Assembly: GCF_009914755.1 (NCBI RefSeq)
Contig: NC_060929.1
Strand: one strand, 5' to 3'
Length of the DNA: 64,000 bases
From: the human T2T-CHM13v2.0 reference genome, Homo sapiens
Below the pieces are notes generated by a model. It worked only from the letters and a program-made list of their open reading frames with translations, searched no databases and was not told the origin of the DNA. How positions within the stretch are numbered: the first letter of the stretch is position 1; each line of letters starts with the position of its first letter. Below, one piece after another: positions 1 through 10,428 of the stretch. The translations under genes and the position numbers were made by a program.

Positions 1-195
1 CTCATAATATCAGTGAAGCCTTACTTCAGGTGGGTTAGGTAGGTTACAGAAATCCTCAGAACTTTCCTACCTCTTTGCTGATTAAACATTCTATTTAAAC
101 AAGATTTTTTCTTTAGGTTTATTCTGACATTTCTACACGTTTGTTATTGTGTTCCTCATACCCTCTTAATCTGTGACTAAGAAATTTGAGCATGA

Positions 196-328
196 TTTTT
201 TTTCTTTTTTAAGAGATGGAATCTTGCTGTGTTGCCAAGGCTGGCCCTGAACTATTGGGCTCAAGTGATTTTCCTGCCCCAGCCCCCCCAGTAGGTGGGA
301 CTATAGGTGCACACCATCATACCCAGCT
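196..328 (-). mobile_element. Alu monomer (FLAM/AluJ-like)
   Basis: T-tail followed by gagatggaatcttgctgtgttgccaaggctgg...actataggtgcacaccatcatacccagc. Confidence 0.8.
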
Positions 329-907
329 CCTTTTCTAAATTGCATCTTATACTTCTCTTCTCTGTGCCACCATTTGACACGTAACTAGGGACCTGCTTAG
401 AATTTTCTTTCAGAATTTCTTTTTCATCTTTCTTCTTACCTATAATTAGCAGAGATCCTTCTCACCCCACCCCATTTACTAGAATGTATTCTATAATGCA
501 CATTTTAGCATCCTCATGTTTCCTGAGAATAGTATCTCATTGGGGTAAATACTTGATTTCCAAATGATGGAAAATACTCTATTCTCCCATATGGAAAATG
601 ATGGAAAAGCTGATTAGCTTCATTAGTAATGAGGTTTTGTCTTTCTTGTTTACTGTAGCTGAGAATTTTAAGACAGGTAATACAAATGATAGCACCTTCA
701 TCATTCCTTCCAGGAACTTAGGAAAACAAAATAATTTAGTTTAATTATTTACTTTTTAAGTAGTATGAAACCATCCTTTATTCTTTCTCTTTCCTTCTTC
801 CAACATTTACCGAACAGATTATCATGTTTTGTAATGTGATGATTATTAAGGTATGTCAAAGTTTGCATACCATTAAGTTGGTTGGAAAGTATACTAACAA
901 CTTTTAT

Positions 908-1093
908 ACAATGGTTCTCAACCTTGATTTCACATTATAGTCACCTAGGGAGTTTTAAAGATGTACTAATACTTAGGCTGTATTTTCAAGGTTTCTGATT
1001 TTACTAGTTGGTCTGTGGTGGGGCCTGGTTATCAGTATTTTTAAAAAACTTCTAAGGTGACTCTAAGGAGCAGCCAGGGTTAAGGATCATTGG
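908..1093. mobile_element. MER5-type hAT-Charlie non-autonomous DNA transposon
   Basis: Ends caatggttctcaacctt and cagggttaaggatcattg form imperfect terminal inverted repeats. Internal sequence is MER5A-like. Confidence 0.65.
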
Positions 1094-1099
1094 TCTAAT

Positions 1100-2400
1100 A
1101 CAAAGTATTACATGATTAGCACTATAGGAAAGGGATAATTTTTACTGGAGTTCAGAAAATGGAGTATGTCCTCCTAGTTGGGAAGATCGGAGAAGTCCTC
1201 ATGGGTAAGGATGCATTTACACTAGTTCTCAAAGATGAGAATGATTTGGCAAGGGAAATGGATAGAAGGAGTCAGAGAGAAGAGGTTGACGCAAGGAAAG
1301 AATTGAACCAGTTGGAGGAGTAACTCATGCAGGCAGAGAATATATGAACACGTTAATGAAAACTGAGATAGGCTAATTTCCCAATCTCAGAGGGCCTTGG
1401 TAGCCAGTAACCAAATTTGGACATTATCTTTCTCAGCACAAGAAAGGAAGCCAAGAAATGACATGTGGTTTTAAGCCAAGAAACAATATGATCAGGTTGA
1501 TCCTTAGGAAAATTAATTTGGCAGCAGTTATGAGGCTTATGTCACTTCCTGGGGTTCAGCAGATTGCAGAAAATGGTTTAAAAATATAAATTAAGTTTTC
1601 CTATGAAACTAGATGGATAATTTCTATTTTGGGTTAGTATTCTCTAGTAAACAAACTATTCCTTAAAAAATGTTTTAAGATTATAGTATTGGACCATTTG
1701 TTTAGTTTCTATAATACTAAGTGTTCAGGACTTTGATAGTCTCTAGAACTGTAAAGATAAGTAAAGAATAATTTATTTCCTCAAGAGATCAGTTCAGTGA
1801 GGAAGAGAGAGGTATAAAAATTATAATACAAAGTGACAGAGACTGTATAACTCTTTTGGGAGAGAGCAAATGGATTTTAAGTGGAAAGAAGAGCATGTGC
1901 AAAGATACTGAGGTAAGAAATCCCACGTGGTGTGTTCTGGGAATGACAAGGAGATTTTTGCTTTTTCTTACTTTTCCCTTCCTTCCATTCATAGTATAGG
2001 CCACCTGGGAAGGAAGCCTAATGGAGAATGAGACTAAGAGGAGGGTGGAAATAGGTTGGGAACAAAATTCTTGAAGAGCTCTGTGAACTTAATGCTTTAG
2101 TCAATGGAGAATCATTGATGAGATTTGAGAGGAAAAGGGCATGGCATATTTATGATGGGGGCAATTTGGATGGCAGATTGGAGAGAGGAGAGACTTAGAC
2201 TGGGAAGTCCTTTAAAAGGTGCTTAGCAGTGGTGGAGGCAAGTTGAAAAGTTCAGAACTCAGCCAACATGAGAAAATGGGAAAATTTTGAAAGTCATTTC
2301 AGACTTAAGGGACTAGTTGCAAGTGGATAGGGAGGAAGAAATTGGAGATGAAGATGGGCCTGCAGGCTTTTGGTTGGAGTAATTTTGTAGATGATCTTGT
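1100..2400 (-). mobile_element. Degraded L2 fragments
   Basis: Purine-rich text typical of antisense L2, e.g. gaagagcatgtgcaaagatactgagg and atgatcaggtt...ggaaaattaatttggcagcag. Confidence 0.5.
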
Positions 2401-2954
2401 TCTCTGATCTAAACTCTTCTTGCTTAGCTAAATGGTTCCTCGTTTTTTCTTTAAATCAAGAGATCCAGAGATATGAAATTACACTTCAGGTTTAAACCTT
2501 AAGGGGAAATATTCTTTGTCAAAGAATTAAAGATTAGATGCCATAAAATATACTTTCTGTACACTCATCAACCCAGGTCAGGAGAAACTAGGTTCTGGAG
2601 TCCTACGTGGTTAGTTCTAGGAGGTACCAACAGTCTCTCAACCAAAGGATGAGCAATGAGTCATCTTAGAAGGGATAAATAAGAACATCATATCCAGATA
2701 GGGAAACATGCTTCAGTTTCTGGGTGGATTTGAGAGAAGGAAGTATATACAAATATATGAAGAAAAAGGCAATGAACAAAGGAGAAATGGTGGTGCGGTG
2801 TCAATAGCACAAGCCTGTATGTGTTTTAGGACTTTGATCCATTTTGATTGCCTGTTTGTTGCCTAATTGTATTTAAAGAAACTAAGGTTGTTTCTAAAGT
2901 TCATCATAAGTAGGACTTAACATATATTCCCAAAGAATTTTAGAGTAGAGATGT

Positions 2955-3122
2955 AGCTTCACATTTTGAGAGGCTGAGGTGGAAGGATTGCTTGAGCTCA
3001 GGAGTTTGAGACCAGCCTGGGCAACATAGTGAGATGTTGTCTCCACTAAAAATAATGAAAAAAAAATTTACCAGCTCGGCGCCTGTAGTCCCAGCTACTC
3101 AGGAGGCTGAAGTGGGAGGACC
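2955..3122 (+). mobile_element. Partial AluJ
   Basis: gaggctgaggtggaaggattgcttgagctcaggagtttgagaccagcctgggcaacatagtgag, then the linker and a truncated right arm. Confidence 0.85.
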
Positions 3123-4713
3123 ACTATTAAATAAGTACTAACTTTGTGCCAGTTTGTTGGGCTATAACTGTGAGCAGTCCTTTATGAAGCTTAAATTCTA
3201 GTGCAAAGGCAGATAATAAATAAATAAAATAATTTCAAAGTAGGAGTAAGTTATTACAGAAAAATAAAACAATAGTGTGCTCAAGTGGCTACATGGGAGC
3301 AGCACTGTTTCAGATTAAGTGCTGGGGAAGAGGAAGCAATTGAGATGAGACCTGATTTCTTAATCTCTAAGACTATAAATTAGCTGTTTCGGTAATTACT
3401 TTTATCTTAAGAAATAAGCCATAAGGTTAAAACATCAATTTACTTCCTAACTTCTGTAAGTATATCGTATTTTGAGAACCTCTCTCTTGTCTATTTGGAT
3501 GCATTTGTATCACATAAGGCAATGCTGTCCTCTGGTGGTAGTAACTTTAATAGCATGCCAGCTTTACTTTTGCAAATCTTTATAAGGACGTTCTTTATTT
3601 AGTGGGAATTATTTAAAATAGATGTCCTTTTTAGATTGTGTTTGAATTTAAGGGCCATTAGAATTTATTTGAAAATCTTATTTAGTCTCAAATAAATGCT
3701 TGGCGTAGTTCAGTAAAACACTGTTGAAGGAAAGATTACTTAAGTGTAAAGAACTCAACTCTCAGAACTCAACTCTCAGAACTCTCAGTACTGGAAATAC
3801 AAACTAAGCAAAGTAAATTGCTGATACAAGTGTAGAAAATTTGGGACTTTGTCTTGTTCATCAAAATGTGTATTACATTAAATTGCCCATTTCAAAGGGC
3901 TAATACAACTTTAGAAAATTTTGAAAGAATCTACTTTGGAATTTGAAAGGATAGTGTTTAAGAATAGTGAACATTATTAAAGGAATTTTATATCAAACAA
4001 TAAATTTCCATTGAAATATGGCCATATTCTTAAATTTAATATTCTAAGTATTTGGTCTGTCACTTCTAAATACCTATTTTTATGTCTTGCTTTCTGCTAT
4101 TTGGATATTTTTCTGCTCTTTTCTAAGTCTTAAATTTAAAGGTTCATTTGGAGTAAAGGATTTTATCTTTTAGAAAGTAATTGAGATTTGAGAAATATTA
4201 GGTAGCTGACAGTTAAAAATAAATTTGACTTATTTTTTTAAATCCAGATCAAATCTCTTACATGTGTAGTCTTGTTGTACTGTGGCAGCTCTTCTCTAGG
4301 CTCTTGACTGGGTAATCCATTTCAGTTCTTTCTGCTAGTCACCTCCATGAGAGTAAAGTTGATAAACATTCATCATTACATATATTTCTAGTTGAATCTT
4401 TATCAGCTGGTCCACAATTTTAAATTATTTACATTCCACGGTCTAGTCGGTGTTTACTGTTTGGTTTACTTAAAAAAATGCAGTTGTGTAATTTGGTTTG
4501 CAGTACCCTCATAGTAGTTTCATAATTATGGCAGAAATCACAATAAATAATTTAAAATTATTTTTGACTAAAGATAATGTGGGTAGAGAGATTATGTAAT
4601 TTAACTGGACAGTGTAGATTTCTGTTTACATTTATTTCACAGAAGTATATAAAACATACCTAGTAGTTATTTTATATTCTGTAATCTTTTGCCGGGTGGG
4701 ACACTTGAAGCTA

Positions 4714-5009
4714 TTTTTTTTTTTTTTTTGGAACAGAGTCTCACTCTGTCGCCCAGGCTGGAGTGCAATGGCGCGACCTTGGCTCACTGCAACCTCCGCC
4801 TCCTGGGTTCAAGTGATTCTCCTGCCTCAGCCTCCTGAGTAGCTGGGATTACAGGTGCCTGTCACCACGCCTGGCTAATTTTTGTATTTTTAGTAGAGAC
4901 AGGGTTTTACCATGTTGGTCAGGCTGGTCTTGAACTCCTGACCTTGTGATCTGCCCACCTTGGCCTCCCAAAGTGCTGGGATTACACGCATGAGCCACCC
5001 CTCCTGGCC
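4714..5009 (-). mobile_element. Full-length AluS
   Basis: Poly-T followed by a complete dimer. Flanks aagctatt / aaactatt resemble a TSD. Confidence 0.95.
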
Positions 5010-5516
5010 AAAACTATTCTTCTATGAATATAGATTAGTAAGAATTATAGAAACATCTTTATAAGGGCATATTATACACAGTCTGAATTGGCAGCTCTCG
5101 ATGATGAAATCACCATGTATATAAATATACTTTGCTTTTATTACAAAATATGATTTATAAACATGCCCACATACCCACAGAGGACTTCAGTGGAAACCAG
5201 GGATACTCAACCATGCTTGCCTGCGCCAAAAGTAAATTCAACCTTAGGAAGGGGTTGACTGTTTAAAGGTTAAAAGAAAAGGTGCCTAACTATATGTAGT
5301 GTCTGTCATGTTGTATATTTTAATAGACTCTTTTATGTCTGGAAGGGGAAAATGCCATACCTTCATGCCTTTATTTGAAGGATTGTGAGGCATTTAAGAT
5401 AGATGTGTATTTAATTTTTTTCTTTTTTTTTTTTGGTGGGAGCAGATCAGTGATTTTTTCAGTTCATACCAGACCACAGCATTTTCCCACAGCAGCCTTG
5501 ATGTGTTCATCTCCTC

Positions 5517-5905
5517 TTTTAGAGACAGGGTCTTGCCCTGTCACACAGACTGGGGTTCAGTGGCACAATCATAGATCAAACATTCCTCCTGCCTCAGCCT
5601 CTCAAGGAGATGGGGTAACAGGCGGGTGCCACCATGTCCAGTGCATGTGTGTGTGTGTGTGTGTGTGCGTATGTATGTATAATATAATATATGTGTGTAC
5701 ATTTATATATGTATGTGTGTATATATATATTTAGAGATATTTGTGTATGTGTATATGTAGTTAGAGAGAGAGAGATATTTAGAGATGGGGTCTTGCTGTA
5801 TTGTCCAGGCTGGTCTTGAATTCTTAAACTCCTGAGCTCAAGCAATCCTCCTGCCTCGGCCTCTCAAAGTGCTGGGATTACAGGCATGAGCCACTGTGCC
5901 CAGCC
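5517..5905 (-). mobile_element. AluJ with (TG)n/(TA)n/(GA)n microsatellite expanded in the middle linker
   Basis: Right arm ~5520-5642, dinucleotide repeats ~5646-5775, left arm ~5780-5905. Confidence 0.85.
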
Positions 5906-6575
5906 AAGATTTTTTTTCACCTAGAAATAAAAGTCAGTATTATATTTTTTTGCATATACAGTTTTGACTTGTAAAATGGAATCACCTCAATTGTGCTACT
6001 TTAAATATTAAGCATAGTTTTTACCTTAACTAAACTTTCAATAAGCTTGACCTTCTTTAACCCTTAAAGAATTCAAAATTGCCAGTCTTGGTATTCTATA
6101 TAATGTATTTTCTGTCTTTCACTTTTTTAATATGATGGAAAATGTTGACTAGTGTATATTGGAGTGTCTTTTTATTTTTGGAGTCTAAACTGATTATTGG
6201 TGAGAATAAACTCCCCAATGTTAGGATCATTATTGCCTTCCTAATGGCTTCAACAGTCACATATAAATATCAGGGAGAAAGGGTGAGAATGCATAGAATG
6301 AAATTCTTAATTACTCTTAGTGAAAAACCTTTTGAATTTAATGGCTCCTTTTTATGTTGCATAGAATGTCTTGCTATTCTTAAAAGGCATGTGAATGAAA
6401 CATAATAGTAATAGCTCTGCCATATTTTCACTAATACGTATGCTTCATTGGTGTAATCACTGTTTATCTTGCACTAGCCTGTTGCTTTTTATGATCATTT
6501 AAGTTAAAGTGATACAGTCAACTTTGTGATATTTTAGTGCTTTTAAAATAAAAAGAGTGTTTCCCTCATCTGCAG

Positions 6576-6630
6576 GTGCTGCTGTTTTTTCAAACGAAGG
6601 AAAAGGAAAACCATACAGCGCCACAAATGA
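6576..6630 (+). CDS. CSNK1G3: Terminal coding exon of casein kinase I gamma 3 (palmitoylated C-terminal tail)
   Basis: Pyrimidine tract and acceptor ttccctcatctgcag|G end at 6575. Phase-2 reading G TGC TGC TGT TTT TTC AAA CGA AGG AAA AGG AAA ACC ATA CAG CGC CAC AAA TGA gives (K)CCCFFKRRKRKTIQRHK*. This is the CK1-gamma tail, and KTIQRHK is the gamma-3 version as I recall it (gamma-1 ends KTAQRHK, gamma-2 KSLQRHK). Confidence 0.95.
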
Positions 6631-9010
6631 CTCTGGACACAGACAGATCCTGGGGAGTTACTTACATGTTCATCTGCTGTCTTGTGATTAAAATCATCTC
6701 TGTAGTGACCACGTATATTTTCAAGGACTCACTCTTAGAAACAAAAATGTCATACTTTCATACTTCATTTTGTGGTTGTCTTACATTCTTTTTCTTTTTT
6801 TTTTTTTCTCTAATTTAACCTTTATGGAAGCTTTAAAGTTTTGTCAAAACATGAGTGCTTTGCCCATCAGTGAATGGAATGGACCAATGAGGTGGTATCA
6901 ATGAATATAGTTCCATAGAACATTTTCCAGAAGTTCTTCTGTTGTAGAAAGCAGTACAGTATCTTAAGTGTCAACCAGTTATATACCTAATCTGGTTTTT
7001 TATAACTTCTGTAAGAGCATAATCAAACAGGAATTTTCTTTTCTCAGTGGATAATACAACAGAGAAAACAGAGTTGCCCAAATATTTAAAAGAAGTTATT
7101 CCTTGAGAAGTTCATATTTTGTGACATCTGCATTGATTTCAGTATTACTGATGGTACTGTTATTCATAAGTCATATTAACATTCTCTCCGTGAAATCATG
7201 GTACAGTCACTGCCCAGAGGTACTGAGGAAAAAGCAATATGGGTTCGGCAGATGGTGGTGGTAAAATGAATCTTAAGGAGTGTGGTAAATATGTGCTCCG
7301 CTTTTGTTGCATCACTATGTGAAGTACTGTGTTGCAGAAGTGGCAAAAGCGCTTATTTTTAAAAATGCAAAATATTTGTACAATGTAACTTTATGCTTCC
7401 AAATAATAATGTATGTTAGACAGCAAGAAATGAATACTTTAAAAAGTGATGTATGTTGGAGTTATAAAGAAATACACTAAGGAGAGGTAGTAAATGTGAA
7501 CCTTGTTGCAGTGTATAAGGTGGAAGCCTAAAGAAATCTCACCGAAACTTACTGCTGAATGATTACATTCTCCCTTAAGCAGAAAACTTTGGATGTGCCA
7601 TGCAATGGTGTCTGTGTAATTATTTTGCTCTTTGATTAAAAAAAAGACCCCCAGCAATAAAAAGTGGGTCACTCTATGCCCTCTGTGCACATTAGTCTCT
7701 TGTATTCAACTTTGCTGATTCTCTGGAATTTTCCTACTCTTTAGCATAATTTTGATGATTGAAAAATATTTTGGAAAGGATGGGTCAGGTGCTTTGCCTC
7801 CATAGTCTTTTGAAGTGCCTGCATATGAACAACAACAACAACAACAAAAAATTCTGTAAAAAAGGAAGCCCATTCCACTTTTCAAGTATGCTTTGTTTTA
7901 AGCCATAAAGACACACATGTAGTTTTGTCACATTCTACTAGCCAAAATTTTCAAGAAGGGTTAAAACAAAGACTGGCTAGAAAGATAATTATTTTGAATA
8001 AATCTCATATTCATCTTTCATTTATATAATTGTTACTTATTCCTCCCATGCAGTCTCTTCGTTGTCTTTAAGTGTGTGCCTCCAGGCATGCTTATTTATT
8101 TTTATTGTCTCAAGGTAACATTTAAGATGTATATTAAAGTAAAGCTACATTTTTTTACTTCATTATTGCATTTACAGGGATTTAATTGTACTTTGTAATT
8201 TATTTTTCTTATTAGCCAAAAGTTTAATGCATTTTTTTTTGATGAATTAGGCACCCACATGAACACCACAAATCAGGACATTGTTTATCATTGTTGCTAT
8301 GAATCCTATGAATGATCTTTTTTTTATTTTAAAGACCTACACTTAACCTACAAAACATTTGCTGTATAATTTGGTCAACAGTTTCTATCTATCTGTATAC
8401 TGTCATGATGTCTTAAACTGCAGGAGTTACATACTGAGTTTATATTTTTATTTGCTTTGAGCAAGGTAGATAAACATTTTGGCCATTATAATGTGAAACC
8501 ACTTCTTCTTTCTTTACAGTATTTGACCAAACTTGTGTGTCTATGATATTTGTAAATACATGCGAATATCTGTATTTCTTATCATAAGCCTATTTAGTTT
8601 TATTCTCAGTAGGGTTTTTTGGATTGTACAGTGTTTATATGATCTGAACTCCTTATACATAAGAAGGTGTGTATATTAATCCAATTATGGACTTAAAATA
8701 TTTTAAAAGTATAAATACCCTTATTTGCTGCAAAGACCAGTGTGTAGGCATTTGCTTTTTAGCAATATTTTTAAGTGCTCCATTTTAATGCCGAGGAATA
8801 AGTCTTTTGGCAACACAAACTGGTCAATAATAGGTAATGCAGGTATGTTCAGGTTAAGCCAACAATGTTTTGCATTTTTATGCTTATTTTCTGTCAACAC
8901 TAATGAAGTCAACATTGCCTGAATGTCTGAATAATGAAACACATCCCTGTTTAAAAGTATGTAACTGAAAAAGAAATAAAAAAAAATAAAAGTAGTTTTT
9001 TTAAACTTGC
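6631..9010 (+). other. CSNK1G3: CSNK1G3 3'UTR (approximate end)
   Basis: Repeat-free AU-rich stretch after the stop codon, ending at tandem AATAAA hexamers followed by T-rich sequence. The exact cleavage site is inferred. Confidence 0.8.
8975..8990 (+). terminator. Distal polyadenylation signals (two AATAAA)
   Basis: AATAAA at 8975-8980 and 8985-8990 with a T-rich run downstream. Additional proximal AATAAA at 7656-7661 and 7997-8002. Confidence 0.7.
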
Positions 9011-9671
9011 TCTTTCCCATTTCCTCTAAAGATGGGTAAAATAATGTCACTCCCTAATTTAAGATAGGAATTATAAAAATTTGGTTTATTTAGTCTGTTA
9101 TATATGAGAAGCAGAGCTAAAGGAATATGCTTTTGTTATTTTATGTTTTGTTTTGCTTTCTTGAAATCCAGTGGTAAAAAGCACACACTAGGAAGGATCT
9201 AAGCTTTCTTTAATATAAAAAAAATTATACTTCTCTGAACTGTTTAATAGAGCAATAATTAAATACATCTTCTGATAAATTAAGGGAAATAGCATCATTT
9301 TTCCTTTTTGAGAATGGAATCATACTATTATGTTCACAGAAATTAAGCATTATTCCAGTTTTAAGTGAATGACTTTAAAATCATTGTAGATGGGGAGCCC
9401 ATATTTCTAACAGTATCTCATAGTTCATCATTGTGCTAGGTGCTTTAAGGGATTTTACAAAATGGCATTAATGGTACGCTACTTACTGAGGGATGCTACA
9501 GGTAAGAAAAGGCAAAGCAGCCCTCTCTCACCCTGTGAATATTGTGTCCATTAAGCAGCAGAGACCTTCAGAAGCAGGAGAAAGATCTGGAGATGACACA
9601 AAACTGTTAAAGGCTCTATTTAGAAAAATTCGACTTTAAGATTGGGATTTCAGTCTGAATGAATGTATAGT

Positions 9672-10095
9672 TGCATTAGTCAGAACTCTTTGAATTGAAA
9701 GTGACAGAATTTAACCTGGCTTGAGCAATAAGAGTGTACATTATTTCATTTAACTGAAAAGTTCAGTGGTAGGACTGCCTTCAGACATGCTTAATCCTGG
9801 AGTTAAGACAGGAATCTTCTCCATATCTTTTGGTTTTGCTTTCCTACCCTGCTGTTTTCACTGTCAGGAAGACTTTCCATGTGTCATGGTAAAGTGGTCA
9901 TCCAGCAGCTTGAGACTTCTACCCTACCATCTTAGTAGTCTCAGCAAAAACAAAGGGCCATTTTTCTCAATATTTCCAACAGAAGCTTAAGACTGACATT
10001 CCCTTATTGGTTGATGTGCCCACCCCTGAGCCAATTACTATGGACAAGGGAATATTGTTCTCCCAGTAGCTGAGCCTGAGTCATGGTTTGACCTT
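9672..10095 (-). mobile_element. Old MaLR (MLT1-type) LTR
   Basis: Starts tgcattagtcagaactctttgaattgaaagtgacaga, with taactgaaaagttcag further in. This is the antisense end of the MLT1J/K/L class. Confidence 0.55.
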
Positions 10096-10428
10096 GAGGA
10101 GACACAATGGTGATGGAACTGGTTGAGAAGAGTTAAAAACTTTTTTTTCTACTAGAGTGCAAATAGAATTATAAAGATTTGCTGATATTCAGGATAACTA
10201 ATTTCTTCTCTGCCCAATTCTAATACAGACCCACATAAATTATTTTCTTAGGACATTTACTTGTTCATAAGACTACATGGATCATAACCAAAGAAAGGAC
10301 TATATATAGAAGAATGATCAGGTAATATTATTGGGATATAAAAATGGTTTTGTTAAACCAATTGTTTATTGGGATATTTATACTTTGATTTCACTTAAAT
10401 GGTCAGACACTCTGGCACTTCTCCAGAC

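Larger units (their letters stand above)
1..6575 (+). other. CSNK1G3: 3' part of the last intron of CSNK1G3
   Basis: Repeat-rich sequence upstream of the acceptor at 6574-6575. No other recognisable CK1 coding exon in this interval. Confidence 0.75.

Noticed and set aside
6576-6818. 80-aa ORF from the track overlapping the last exon
   Set aside because: It starts at GTG in the wrong frame. The recognisable CK1-gamma tail is in the +1 frame and stops at 6630.
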